Assembly: GCA_965224465.1 (NCBI GenBank) | Contig: OZ245049.1 | Location: forward strand, 3,030,001-3,062,000 | Direction: 5' to 3' | From: Flavobacteriaceae bacterium | GTDB lineage: Bacteria > Bacteroidota > Bacteroidia > Flavobacteriales > Flavobacteriaceae | DNA length: 32,000 nt | In this document: one piece after another, positions 7,957 to 15,960 of the stretch | Numbering within the stretch: the first letter of the stretch is position 1 | Layout: every line of letters starts with the position of its first letter | The notes under the pieces: generated by a model | What the model saw: the letters and a program-made list of their open reading frames with translations, nothing else | Told to the model about the DNA's origin: nothing | Databases searched by the model: none | Program-made: the position numbers and the translations under genes

Positions 7957-9021
7957 ATGATACCAAAAAAAATAAAAACTGTAGTCTGCGGTTCTACATT
8001 CGGACAATTTTATCTCGAATCTTTAAAAAAATTACAAAATCAGTTTGATGTCGTTGGTTTACTGTCTCAAGGGAGTGAACGATCTAAGAAGTGTGCAGAA
8101 CAATACGGGCTTCCTTTATTTACGTCTATAGATCAATTGCCAGCAGATTTAGATTTGGCATGTGTTGTCCTTAGATCTGGAGTTATGGGTGGTAATGGGA
8201 CAGAATTATCACTTCAGTTTATAGAAAAAGGAATACATGTCCTACAGGAGCATCCTGTACATCATAAGGATTTAGCATTGTGTCTAAGAGCAGCACAAAA
8301 AAATAAAGTACGATTTCAAACAGGAGATTTATATGTGCATTTACCAGAGGTAAGGCGGTTTATAAATTGCGCAAAAGCATTATTAAAAGAACAAAAAGCA
8401 ACGTATATAGATGTGGCTTATGCATCTCAGGTTTCTTATCCATTAATGCATATTTTATCGGAGGCATTGCCAGGAACCAGGCCTTGGAAAATTGAAAAAA
8501 CCACTAAAACAGAAGGGCCTTTTACAGTATTGACAGGAAGTATAGGGAAAACGCCTATCATTCTTAGAGCTCATAATCAAATAAATCCAGATGATCCAGA
8601 CAATCATCTTCATTTATTACATCGAATTACAATTGGAGTCGAAGGAGGAAGTTTGTCTTTAAATGATACTCACGGTCCCGTAGTATGGCATCCGAGATTG
8701 CATGTTCCAGAAAATTTAGGAAGTATGAAGGAACTTTCAGCTACAAATGCTGCGTACCTTTTAGAGAATAGTGTACAGGTACTTGGCGAGTACTCGCCAA
8801 CTAATTATACGGAGATACTTTCTAAACAATGGCCCTTTGCTATAGGGGAAGATTTACGATCGATTAAAAAAAGCATGGAGACCAAGAAAGGGTTTCAGTT
8901 GAAGTCTCAAAACGAATTATTAGTTTCCATGCAATGGCAGGAGTTGACCAATGCATTGGGATATCCTTCTTTGGTAGCTCAAAGTAGTCATCAACCTTTA
9001 GCTGTTGATATTTTACAACAA
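7957..9021 (+). other. Thiazolinyl imine reductase domain
   Basis: The domain is collinear with my recollection of Irp3 and PchG. Matching strings are VVCGSTFGQFYL (Irp3 IVGAKFGEMYL), VGLLSQGSERS (VGLLAQGSARS), LACVVLRSGVMGGNGT (IACIVVRSTVAGGTGT), IHVLQEHPVH (VHVIQEHPLH), NPDDPDNHLHLLHR (DPDDPDMHSLIMHR) and GPVVWH (GPVIWS). Confidence 0.8.
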
Positions 9022-10230
9022 GCAGCCATGAAAACTCCGTCAACTTATGAACTTCTGAAGGAAAAAGAGGAGCCAAAGGAGTATCGTGAAGAAGATATTT
9101 ACTCCTGTACAGATGTTTCTGATGGTATATTGAAAAACATAACGATACAGCAGGTCAAAAATTTTGTAGACATATTGGATAAAGCTGTTTTGGATTCGAT
9201 GTTGTTTTCGTTGCAAAAACAAGGAATACTAATTGACAAAAATTTGCAGTATACAATATCTGATATTGTATCAGCTGCAAATATTGCTTCAAAGCATAAA
9301 GGGTTAATTACCTATTGGTTGGATATATTGACAAAAAGAGGATATATAGAGAGGTTAGGTACTGGTTTTTCTATGGGTGATGTAGTAATCACCACCGATA
9401 CTTTTAATAGGAGTTGGGGATTTGTCAAGGATGCTTGGAATAATAAATTAGGTGACCCACTAACAATGGAGTATTTGGTGAAAAATGCAGAGCAGTTACC
9501 AGAGCTAATGAATGATACTCAAAAAGCAGCATTATTATTGTTTCCGGAAGGTCGCTTAGATATTGCTAATTCATTATATAGAGATACCATTACAGCAAAA
9601 TATTTAAATGAGTCGGTATCTGAAGCAGTTTATAGAATTGCAAAATATAGGATGTCAAATTCTTCTTCTTTAAAACAGTTAAAAATACTTGAAATTGGTG
9701 CAGGAACTGGTGCAACAACAGTATCTGTAGCTTCAAAATTACAAGAAACTATTGTAAGTTATATTCATGTAGATTATTTGTTTACAGATGTTTCTGATTT
9801 TTTCTTAAACAACGCAAAGCATCTATTAAAAACCTATCGATGGATAAATTTTCAAGCTTTAGATATTGATCAGGATTTTATAGAACAGCAGGTGAAATCA
9901 GAGAGTTTTGATATAATTATTGCTGCAGGAGTTCTTAATAACGCCGAGAATACAGATAAAGTAATTGAACAAATGATGAATTCTTTAATAAAAGGAGGGT
10001 GGTTATTAATCACAGAACCTACAAGAGAATTTTTAGAAATTCTTATATCACAAGCTTTTATGATGACGATGCCAGAAGACGTACGAAAGGAGGAAAAAAC
10101 AACTTTTTTTACACCTTCTCAATGGAGTAACGTATTTAATAAAGCAGGTGCTCAAAAAATAGTTGTCCTACCAAAAGAAGACAATCCATTAACACCTTTT
10201 GAACAAAAATTATTCATTGTAAAAAAATAG
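7957..10230 (+). CDS. Fusion protein: thiazolinyl imine reductase (PchG / Irp3-YbtU family) + class I SAM-dependent methyltransferase
   Basis: 757-aa ORF; see the two domain entries below. Confidence 0.85.
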   Translation: MIPKKIKTVVCGSTFGQFYLESLKKLQNQFDVVGLLSQGSERSKKCAEQYGLPLFTSIDQLPADLDLACVVLRSGVMGGNGTELSLQFIEKGIHVLQEHPVHHKDLALCLRAAQKNKVRFQTGDLYVHLPEVRRFINCAKALLKEQKATYIDVAYASQVSYPLMHILSEALPGTRPWKIEKTTKTEGPFTVLTGSIGKTPIILRAHNQINPDDPDNHLHLLHRITIGVEGGSLSLNDTHGPVVWHPRLHVPENLGSMKELSATNAAYLLENSVQVLGEYSPTNYTEILSKQWPFAIGEDLRSIKKSMETKKGFQLKSQNELLVSMQWQELTNALGYPSLVAQSSHQPLAVDILQQAAMKTPSTYELLKEKEEPKEYREEDIYSCTDVSDGILKNITIQQVKNFVDILDKAVLDSMLFSLQKQGILIDKNLQYTISDIVSAANIASKHKGLITYWLDILTKRGYIERLGTGFSMGDVVITTDTFNRSWGFVKDAWNNKLGDPLTMEYLVKNAEQLPELMNDTQKAALLLFPEGRLDIANSLYRDTITAKYLNESVSEAVYRIAKYRMSNSSSLKQLKILEIGAGTGATTVSVASKLQETIVSYIHVDYLFTDVSDFFLNNAKHLLKTYRWINFQALDIDQDFIEQQVKSESFDIIIAAGVLNNAENTDKVIEQMMNSLIKGGWLLITEPTREFLEILISQAFMMTMPEDVRKEEKTTFFTPSQWSNVFNKAGAQKIVVLPKEDNPLTPFEQKLFIVKK
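9139..10227 (+). other. SAM-dependent methyltransferase domain (intact motif I)
   Basis: Motifs seen are ILEIGAGTGATT (motif I), acidic FTDVS, FQALDIDQD, FDIIIAAGVLNN and KGGWLLITEP. The N-terminal helical part (WLDILTKRGYIE) resembles NRPS-embedded MT domains. Confidence 0.8.
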
Positions 10231-10233
10231 AAA

Positions 10234-10956
10234 ATGTTGAAATGCAGTCACATATTATGTAAGGTTGATAATATTAAAGCCGTTGTTAAAGATTATGAAT
10301 CTCAAGGGTTTTCTTTGGTCTGGGGGAGTACTCCAGAAAAAGCTCATAATGCCTTATTATGGTTTGAAGAAGGTCCTTATATCGAGTTTTTTCAGTTGCC
10401 GAAAAAGTTTGAAATCTTAAAGTATCCCTTACAATTGTTTTATGGTCGATCCGTTGGAAGGAGGTGGGAGAAATGGGCAAAAGCTACAGAAGGCTGGTGT
10501 GATATAGCATTGGAACCAGCTGAATTTAAAACAGGTTTTAGCCAACATTCACAGGAGTATCCATTAGATATAAAAACAATAAAGAAAGCCTTACAGGTTT
10601 CTGGGATTTCATCTTCTAGGATTGTCCGTAAAAAAAGAGTAAGTCCAGAAGGGGAAGAGGTGAAATTCAGTGTTTTTTGTCCAGATCAAGAGGGATTTCC
10701 TTTTGTTTTTTCTGGGTATAAAACGTCACAACGACCTTTGGAAATAAAACATCCGAATGGAGCTAAAAAAGTAGCATGGGTAAAAGTAGGGGTGAACCCT
10801 AAGGACATCACACAATTTAAGAAGCTAATTAAAGAGGATACATTTATTAAAACAGAAGAGCACATACAAACACATGTTTGTAATGTGGGGCTCGTAGGTT
10901 TGCAATCCAACTTAGATCCAAAATTTTTGCACGGCGCTGTATTTACAGCATTATAA
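10234..10956 (+). CDS. VOC / glyoxalase-like domain protein (function in the pathway unknown)
   Basis: 240-aa ORF. HILCKVDNIKAVVKDYESQGFSLVWG ... AHNALLWFEEGPYIEFFQ resembles the Glyoxalase-like (PF13468-type) pattern H.v..v.dl...GF....G...GT.Nal..f.dg.YlEl. The call rests on memory of the family pattern only. Confidence 0.4.
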   Translation: MLKCSHILCKVDNIKAVVKDYESQGFSLVWGSTPEKAHNALLWFEEGPYIEFFQLPKKFEILKYPLQLFYGRSVGRRWEKWAKATEGWCDIALEPAEFKTGFSQHSQEYPLDIKTIKKALQVSGISSSRIVRKKRVSPEGEEVKFSVFCPDQEGFPFVFSGYKTSQRPLEIKHPNGAKKVAWVKVGVNPKDITQFKKLIKEDTFIKTEEHIQTHVCNVGLVGLQSNLDPKFLHGAVFTAL

Positions 10957-10975
10957 AACAATAAAAAAATTAGAT

Positions 10976-13900
10976 ATGTTATCAACTACTACAAATGCCA
11001 CCTTAGATTTACTAGTAAGACTTAGAAAAGACGGAATTAAACTTTGGGAAGAAAACGGAAAATTAAAGTTTAAAGCACCCAAAGGGCTCCTTCAACCAGA
11101 AGATCTGGAAGCGCTAAAAAAATATAAAACAGAGGTAATTGAACAATTAAAATTAGAAAGTAAATCAATTACTGTAGTTGTAAATCCAGCTTCAAAATTT
11201 GATCCTTTTCCATTAACAGATGTACAGTCAGCTTACTTGTTGGGGCGTAACGAAGTATTTGATTATGGAGGTGTTGCCTGCCATATTTATTTAGAATTAA
11301 AATATTCACATTTAGAAAAAAAGAGGGTACAAGAGGTTTGGGAAATGCTTATTTCTAGGCATGAAATGTTAAGAGCAACTATAGATAAAGAAGGACATCA
11401 ACGTATTATGGAGTTTCATCCAGAATTCGAATTAACGTATACAGATGCGAGCACTTGGACAGAAAAGGAAAAGGATGTAGCCTTAGATGAAATTCGGGAG
11501 GATATGGGGCACCGTGTTTATGACACTTCTAGTTGGCCTTTGTTTGGAATAGGAGTGACTCAAACATCAGAAGATGCTATTCTTCATTTCTCTATGGAAT
11601 TTTTGATTGCAGACTGGGCGAGTATCTGGTTGCTCTTGTCAGAGTTCGAAGCTCTTTATACATCTTTAGAGACACCTTTACCTAAGTTAAACCTTAGTTT
11701 TAGAGATTATTTGATTGCAGAAAGAGGACTGAGAGAAACCATGTCTTATGCAAAAGATAAACGCTATTGGTTGGATCGAATTCACAGTTTACCAGCAGCA
11801 CCAGATCTTCCTTTAGCAAGAGCACATAAACCTTCTGGAAAAGGACGTTTTACACGTCGTTTTATGGAATTAGAGATGTCTGAATGGCAACGGATAAAAG
11901 AACAGAGTCAACAATTGGGATTAACACCAACAACTGTTATTATGACTGCCTATGCAGCGGTTATAGAGCGCTGGAGTCGCACAAAAAAGTTTTGTTTAAA
12001 TCTTACGGTATTAAACCGATTGCCTTTGCATGAAGATGTAAATATTATTGTAGGAGATTTTACATCGGTCAGTTTATTAGAGGTGGATTGGAGTACGGAT
12101 CAATCGTTTAAAGAACGTGCAAAAACCTTAAATAATCAGTTGTTTGATGATTTAGATCACCGTTTATTCTCGGGTGTTGAGGTGATGAGAGAAATTGTTA
12201 GACAGAGAGGTAGGGATGCAGCTCTTATGCCGTATGTGTTTACGAGTGCTATTGGACTGACAAATGCTGGAGAAGGAAATCAAAGAAAAGGAAAATTAGG
12301 CGGATATGGAATAAGTCAAACGCCGCAGGTATTTATAGATTGTCAGGCAATGGATACCCCAGGAGGCTTGCATATCAATTGGGATATTAGAGCGGGTGTT
12401 TTTCCAGATGATCTGATCGATGATATGTTTAATGCATTCAAGGGATTACTACAAAATTTAGTGACAAAAGACGCGACTTGGAAAGAGAATGTTTGTATTG
12501 ATATACCAAAATGGCAAGAATTGGAAAGGCAGGTAATTAATAATACACAAGCCCCTTTATCAAACAACGTGTTGCATAAAAAAATTGTAGAGCAGATCGT
12601 AAAAACACCAGATGCACCAGCAGTTTTTGATTCTGAAGGACAAACAACGTATCGAGAACTTGGATTAAAAGCAAGCGCAGTGTCCGAAGCGTTGGAGACT
12701 TTAGGATGTAAGGCGCAGGATAAAGTGGTTATTTCTATGGATAAGGGAGTGGGTCAGGTTATTTCTGTATTAGGTGTTTTGTCAACGGCTGCGGTTTATG
12801 TACCGATAGATGTGTTTCAGCCTACCGAGAGAATAAATGCCATGATAGCACATGCGGATATTCGTTTTGTGATTACAGATAAGAAAAATAAAACCAAATG
12901 GGCAGCGCATATCCATGTAATTTATATAGATGAATTAGAACTAAAAACCGAAATCACCTTAAAAACTACGGCAGATCCGACCTTGCCTGCGTATGTAATT
13001 TATACTTCAGGTTCTACAGGGCAACCAAAAGGAGTGGTGATTAATCACATCGCTGCTCTAAATACGATTGCTGCTATTAACAAGCAGTTTCTTGTGCAGC
13101 CCCAAGACAGCGTATTAGGTCTTTCGCAATTAGGTTTTGATTTATCAGTATTTGATATTTTTGGAGTACTCTCTGTTGGAGGAGCGATTGTTTATCCTGA
13201 ACAAGAACGGAAAAACGACCCTTCACATTGGGTAGCATTGATTCAGAAATACGACGTTACTATTTGGAATACAGTACCAGCTTTAATGCAAATGTTAGCT
13301 ACCTATTTACTTACAGAAACCAATATCAAAATACCAAAATTAAGACTGGCATTGCTTTCTGGAGATTGGATTCCGTTAACATTACCCGATATTTTAGTGA
13401 AACGCTTGCCACAGCTAGAGGTAATTAGCCTTGGAGGTGCAACAGAGGCATCTATTTGGTCCATTTATCATATTTATAAAGGATTAGAATCGGATTGGAA
13501 TAGTATTCCTTATGGTAGGCCTTTAACAAATCAAGGGTTTAGAGTACTGGATAGTACCCTAAGAGATTGCCCTGTTTGGACAATCGGAGAATTGTTTATT
13601 ACAGGGGATGGACTGGCTGATGGATATTTAAACGAGATCGCATTGACAAAAAAGTCGTTTTTTAATCACCCTGTAGATGGGCAACGGATGTATCGTACTG
13701 GAGATTTAGGACGCTATACTCCAGGAGGAGAAATAGAATTCTTAGGGCGTGAGGATAATCAAGTTAAAATAAGAGGACATCGTATAGAATTAGGAGAGAT
13801 AGAATCTGCATTGTTAAAACATCCAAAAGTTAGTGCAGTAGGAGTTGTGGCAGATGGTTCTGGGCAAGAGAAATCTTTATTAGGAGTGGTAGAACTTATG

Positions 13901-15916
13901 CATAAAGATAAGCTTGCAAAGAAAAAAGGAAAGGAGAGTGGCAAAAAAATACGGGATGAGGTAAGTGAAAAAATTAAGAATTTTAATACAGAAGAAAATA
14001 GAGAAGCGGATAAGTATGCTGATTATCTAGGTTTAATCCTACAGACAATAGGTAAAAATAATTCAGAGAACCATCCTCTTCGAATACTACAAATAGGAGA
14101 GAAAGGAAAAGAAAATTTGGATGCAGTTGTACAACATTTAGAGGGTATATCTTTTGAGTATCTATATACGCATTCTGACATTGCTGTTTTAAAAGAATTT
14201 TCATTAAAGTACGCAGAGGAAGAGGGCATTAGATTTGAAGTTTTTGATAGTAATATAGCCTACAGGACACAAGGATTTGAGCCCAATAGTTTTGATATTA
14301 TTATTGCGATAGGGTTGGTAGCTAATAGAACTATTGTAAAAGAATTAATTCGTGCAAACGGTTGGTTTGTTAATGGTATAGAAAATACGGATTCTTCTTT
14401 AGTGATAACAGATACAAAATTAAAGGTGCCAGAACATAAATTATTTCTAACGCAGGTAAAAGAAGACCAATATTTTGTAAGTGCCTCAGAGCTGTCTCGT
14501 TTTTTATCGAAACATGTTCCAGAATATATGATTCCCAGCCATCTTCAGGTTGTAGATACATTACCAATTACCAAAAACGGAAAAATGGATCGTAAAACTA
14601 TTGCAAAGTGGAGACCTTATCATGTAAATGGAGCGATCATTGGGAGTACAGATCACGCCTTAGATACCTTAGAAATTGCATTGTCAAAACAATGGGCTGA
14701 TGCGTTAAATATGAAAGGGATAGGTAGATTACAAAATTTTTATGACTTAGGAGCAGATTCTTTGATTATGGCTAAGATGGCAGGAGAATTAAGAGATGCC
14801 TTGGCAAAAGAAACGCCTCCTGTAAAGATTGCTTATGATGCGCTATTGAGACAGATGTTAAACTTCCCTACAATAGCTGGGCTGGCAAATTTTATCAGAT
14901 CAAAAAAAGAAGGGGCAGATGCTCTTTGTAGTACAGCAACACAGGAAGATGGAGATAGTACTTCTGCAAGTAATGGGGTACTGACTTCTTATGGAAATAG
15001 TAATAACGGATTACTTCGTGTAGTGTTTCATGCAGGAATAGGTACAATGAATTGTTTTCTTCCATTGTTAGGAGAATTAGAGAAACAGAATTTAGGCCCA
15101 ATTGTAGGTATTACGGTGAAGGACACGGAAGTGTATTGTGATTTAGAACCAGAGGAATTGATAGAATTGGTTGCGGAAGATTACGCCACACGATTATTAG
15201 AAACGGGACATAAAAAAATGCAGTTGATAGGCTATTGTATGGGAGGTCAGTTTGCCATTGAAGTTGCAAGACGTTTGGTAGAAAATGGAATAGAAATCGT
15301 AGACCTTGTATTGGTAGATAGTCATCCTGTATATATAGATGTGAAAGATGACCTGGTTATAGAATCATTATTTGTTCCTAACCTAGGAGTTTCTATGGAA
15401 CAAGCTGGTTTTGGTGGGGCTGATCCAATGGATATTGGGAGCGCATTTATGCATATTATAGCAGAAAATAAAGGAGTGATTCCTAATGGCTCACCGGGGA
15501 AACTTACGGGAGATAAAGGCATGGAAGCGGTGAGTACTTTATTTAAAAAACTTTCATCTTTTGATATGAGAACGCGTTTTACAGCTTATGTAAATGCTAT
15601 TTATGATGTGACTGGAGAAAAAATGGAAGTAGAAATGGCAGAGGGCTTATTTAGAATGTACCGCCAGAGTTATATTGCTTCTCAATTTATTCCACTTCCA
15701 TATATGGGGGACATACGGTTTCTAATCGCTACGGGACAATCTGGGTTTTTACCAGGGACAGTGAAAAAAACAATCGATTGCTGGACCAATGCTTGTCTTG
15801 GAGAATTGACTGTTATGGAAATTAAAGGAGATCACTTTACATGTATAGAACCTCCTCATTTAGCACATTTGGCAACAATTATTAGAGAACCTCTTCTTAT
15901 TCCAATAGAGTCTTAG
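10976..15916 (+). CDS. Terminal NRPS: beta-hairpin docking domain - Cy - A(Cys, vestigial MT insert) - PCP - TE
   Basis: 1646-aa ORF; motifs are listed in the domain entries below. Confidence 0.92.
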   Translation: MLSTTTNATLDLLVRLRKDGIKLWEENGKLKFKAPKGLLQPEDLEALKKYKTEVIEQLKLESKSITVVVNPASKFDPFPLTDVQSAYLLGRNEVFDYGGVACHIYLELKYSHLEKKRVQEVWEMLISRHEMLRATIDKEGHQRIMEFHPEFELTYTDASTWTEKEKDVALDEIREDMGHRVYDTSSWPLFGIGVTQTSEDAILHFSMEFLIADWASIWLLLSEFEALYTSLETPLPKLNLSFRDYLIAERGLRETMSYAKDKRYWLDRIHSLPAAPDLPLARAHKPSGKGRFTRRFMELEMSEWQRIKEQSQQLGLTPTTVIMTAYAAVIERWSRTKKFCLNLTVLNRLPLHEDVNIIVGDFTSVSLLEVDWSTDQSFKERAKTLNNQLFDDLDHRLFSGVEVMREIVRQRGRDAALMPYVFTSAIGLTNAGEGNQRKGKLGGYGISQTPQVFIDCQAMDTPGGLHINWDIRAGVFPDDLIDDMFNAFKGLLQNLVTKDATWKENVCIDIPKWQELERQVINNTQAPLSNNVLHKKIVEQIVKTPDAPAVFDSEGQTTYRELGLKASAVSEALETLGCKAQDKVVISMDKGVGQVISVLGVLSTAAVYVPIDVFQPTERINAMIAHADIRFVITDKKNKTKWAAHIHVIYIDELELKTEITLKTTADPTLPAYVIYTSGSTGQPKGVVINHIAALNTIAAINKQFLVQPQDSVLGLSQLGFDLSVFDIFGVLSVGGAIVYPEQERKNDPSHWVALIQKYDVTIWNTVPALMQMLATYLLTETNIKIPKLRLALLSGDWIPLTLPDILVKRLPQLEVISLGGATEASIWSIYHIYKGLESDWNSIPYGRPLTNQGFRVLDSTLRDCPVWTIGELFITGDGLADGYLNEIALTKKSFFNHPVDGQRMYRTGDLGRYTPGGEIEFLGREDNQVKIRGHRIELGEIESALLKHPKVSAVGVVADGSGQEKSLLGVVELMHKDKLAKKKGKESGKKIRDEVSEKIKNFNTEENREADKYADYLGLILQTIGKNNSENHPLRILQIGEKGKENLDAVVQHLEGISFEYLYTHSDIAVLKEFSLKYAEEEGIRFEVFDSNIAYRTQGFEPNSFDIIIAIGLVANRTIVKELIRANGWFVNGIENTDSSLVITDTKLKVPEHKLFLTQVKEDQYFVSASELSRFLSKHVPEYMIPSHLQVVDTLPITKNGKMDRKTIAKWRPYHVNGAIIGSTDHALDTLEIALSKQWADALNMKGIGRLQNFYDLGADSLIMAKMAGELRDALAKETPPVKIAYDALLRQMLNFPTIAGLANFIRSKKEGADALCSTATQEDGDSTSASNGVLTSYGNSNNGLLRVVFHAGIGTMNCFLPLLGELEKQNLGPIVGITVKDTEVYCDLEPEELIELVAEDYATRLLETGHKKMQLIGYCMGGQFAIEVARRLVENGIEIVDLVLVDSHPVYIDVKDDLVIESLFVPNLGVSMEQAGFGGADPMDIGSAFMHIIAENKGVIPNGSPGKLTGDKGMEAVSTLFKKLSSFDMRTRFTAYVNAIYDVTGEKMEVEMAEGLFRMYRQSYIASQFIPLPYMGDIRFLIATGQSGFLPGTVKKTIDCWTNACLGELTVMEIKGDHFTCIEPPHLAHLATIIREPLLIPIES
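10988..11149 (+). other. TubC_N-type (beta-hairpin) N-terminal docking domain
   Basis: LDLLVRLRKDGIKLWEENGKLKFKAPKGLLQPEDLEALKKYKTEVIEQL fits the G(V/I)xLWxExGxLxxxAPxGxLxxxL pattern of the TubC/EpoB N-terminal docking domains. Confidence 0.7.
11198..12490 (+). other. Heterocyclization (Cy) domain 3 with ExxxxDxxS variant motif
   Basis: FPLTDVQSAYLLGR is present, and SQTPQVFIDCQ follows later. The catalytic-site motif reads EFLIADWAS (E208, codon gaa at 11597-11599) instead of DxxxxDxxS. Confidence 0.85.
12563..14605 (+). other. Adenylation domain, cysteine-type code (DLFNLSLIWK by manual extraction)
   Basis: Cores are AYVIYTSGSTGQPKG, FDLSVFDIF, IWNTVPAL, LALLSGDW, SLGGATEASIW, YRTGDLGRY, GREDNQVKIRGHRIELGEIE and PITKNGKMDRK. 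Confidence 0.8.
13898..14470 (+). other. Vestigial methyltransferase core inserted between A8 and A10 (SAM loop ablated)
   Basis: ILQIGEKGKE stands where ILEIGAGTGA is expected. YTHSD, FEVFDSNI, FDIIIAIGLV and ANGWFV mirror FTDVS, FQALDIDQ, FDIIIAAGVL and KGGWLL of the intact MT at 9139-10227. The insert is only ~190 aa. Confidence 0.5.
14657..14890 (+). other. Peptidyl carrier protein domain
   Basis: FYDLGADSLIMAKM contains Ser1262. Confidence 0.85.
15008..15895 (+). other. Type I thioesterase domain with cysteine at the nucleophile position
   Basis: The nucleophile elbow is GYCMGG (ggc tat tgt atg gga ggt, 15230-15247), where GxSxG is expected. LVLVDSH (Asp) and GDHFTCIE (His) are conserved. 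Confidence 0.8.
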
Positions 15917-15960
15917 CATTGAAAGAGGATGATAGATACACTAAAATAAACAGTAAAAAA

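Noticed and set aside
15919-15960. TTG start at 15919 for the MATE gene, as given in the ORF track
   Set aside because: The ATG at 15961 leaves a normal-length cytoplasmic N-terminus before the first MATE helix. The extra 14 residues (KEDDRYTKINSKK) look like translated intergenic sequence. This cannot be settled without experimental data.
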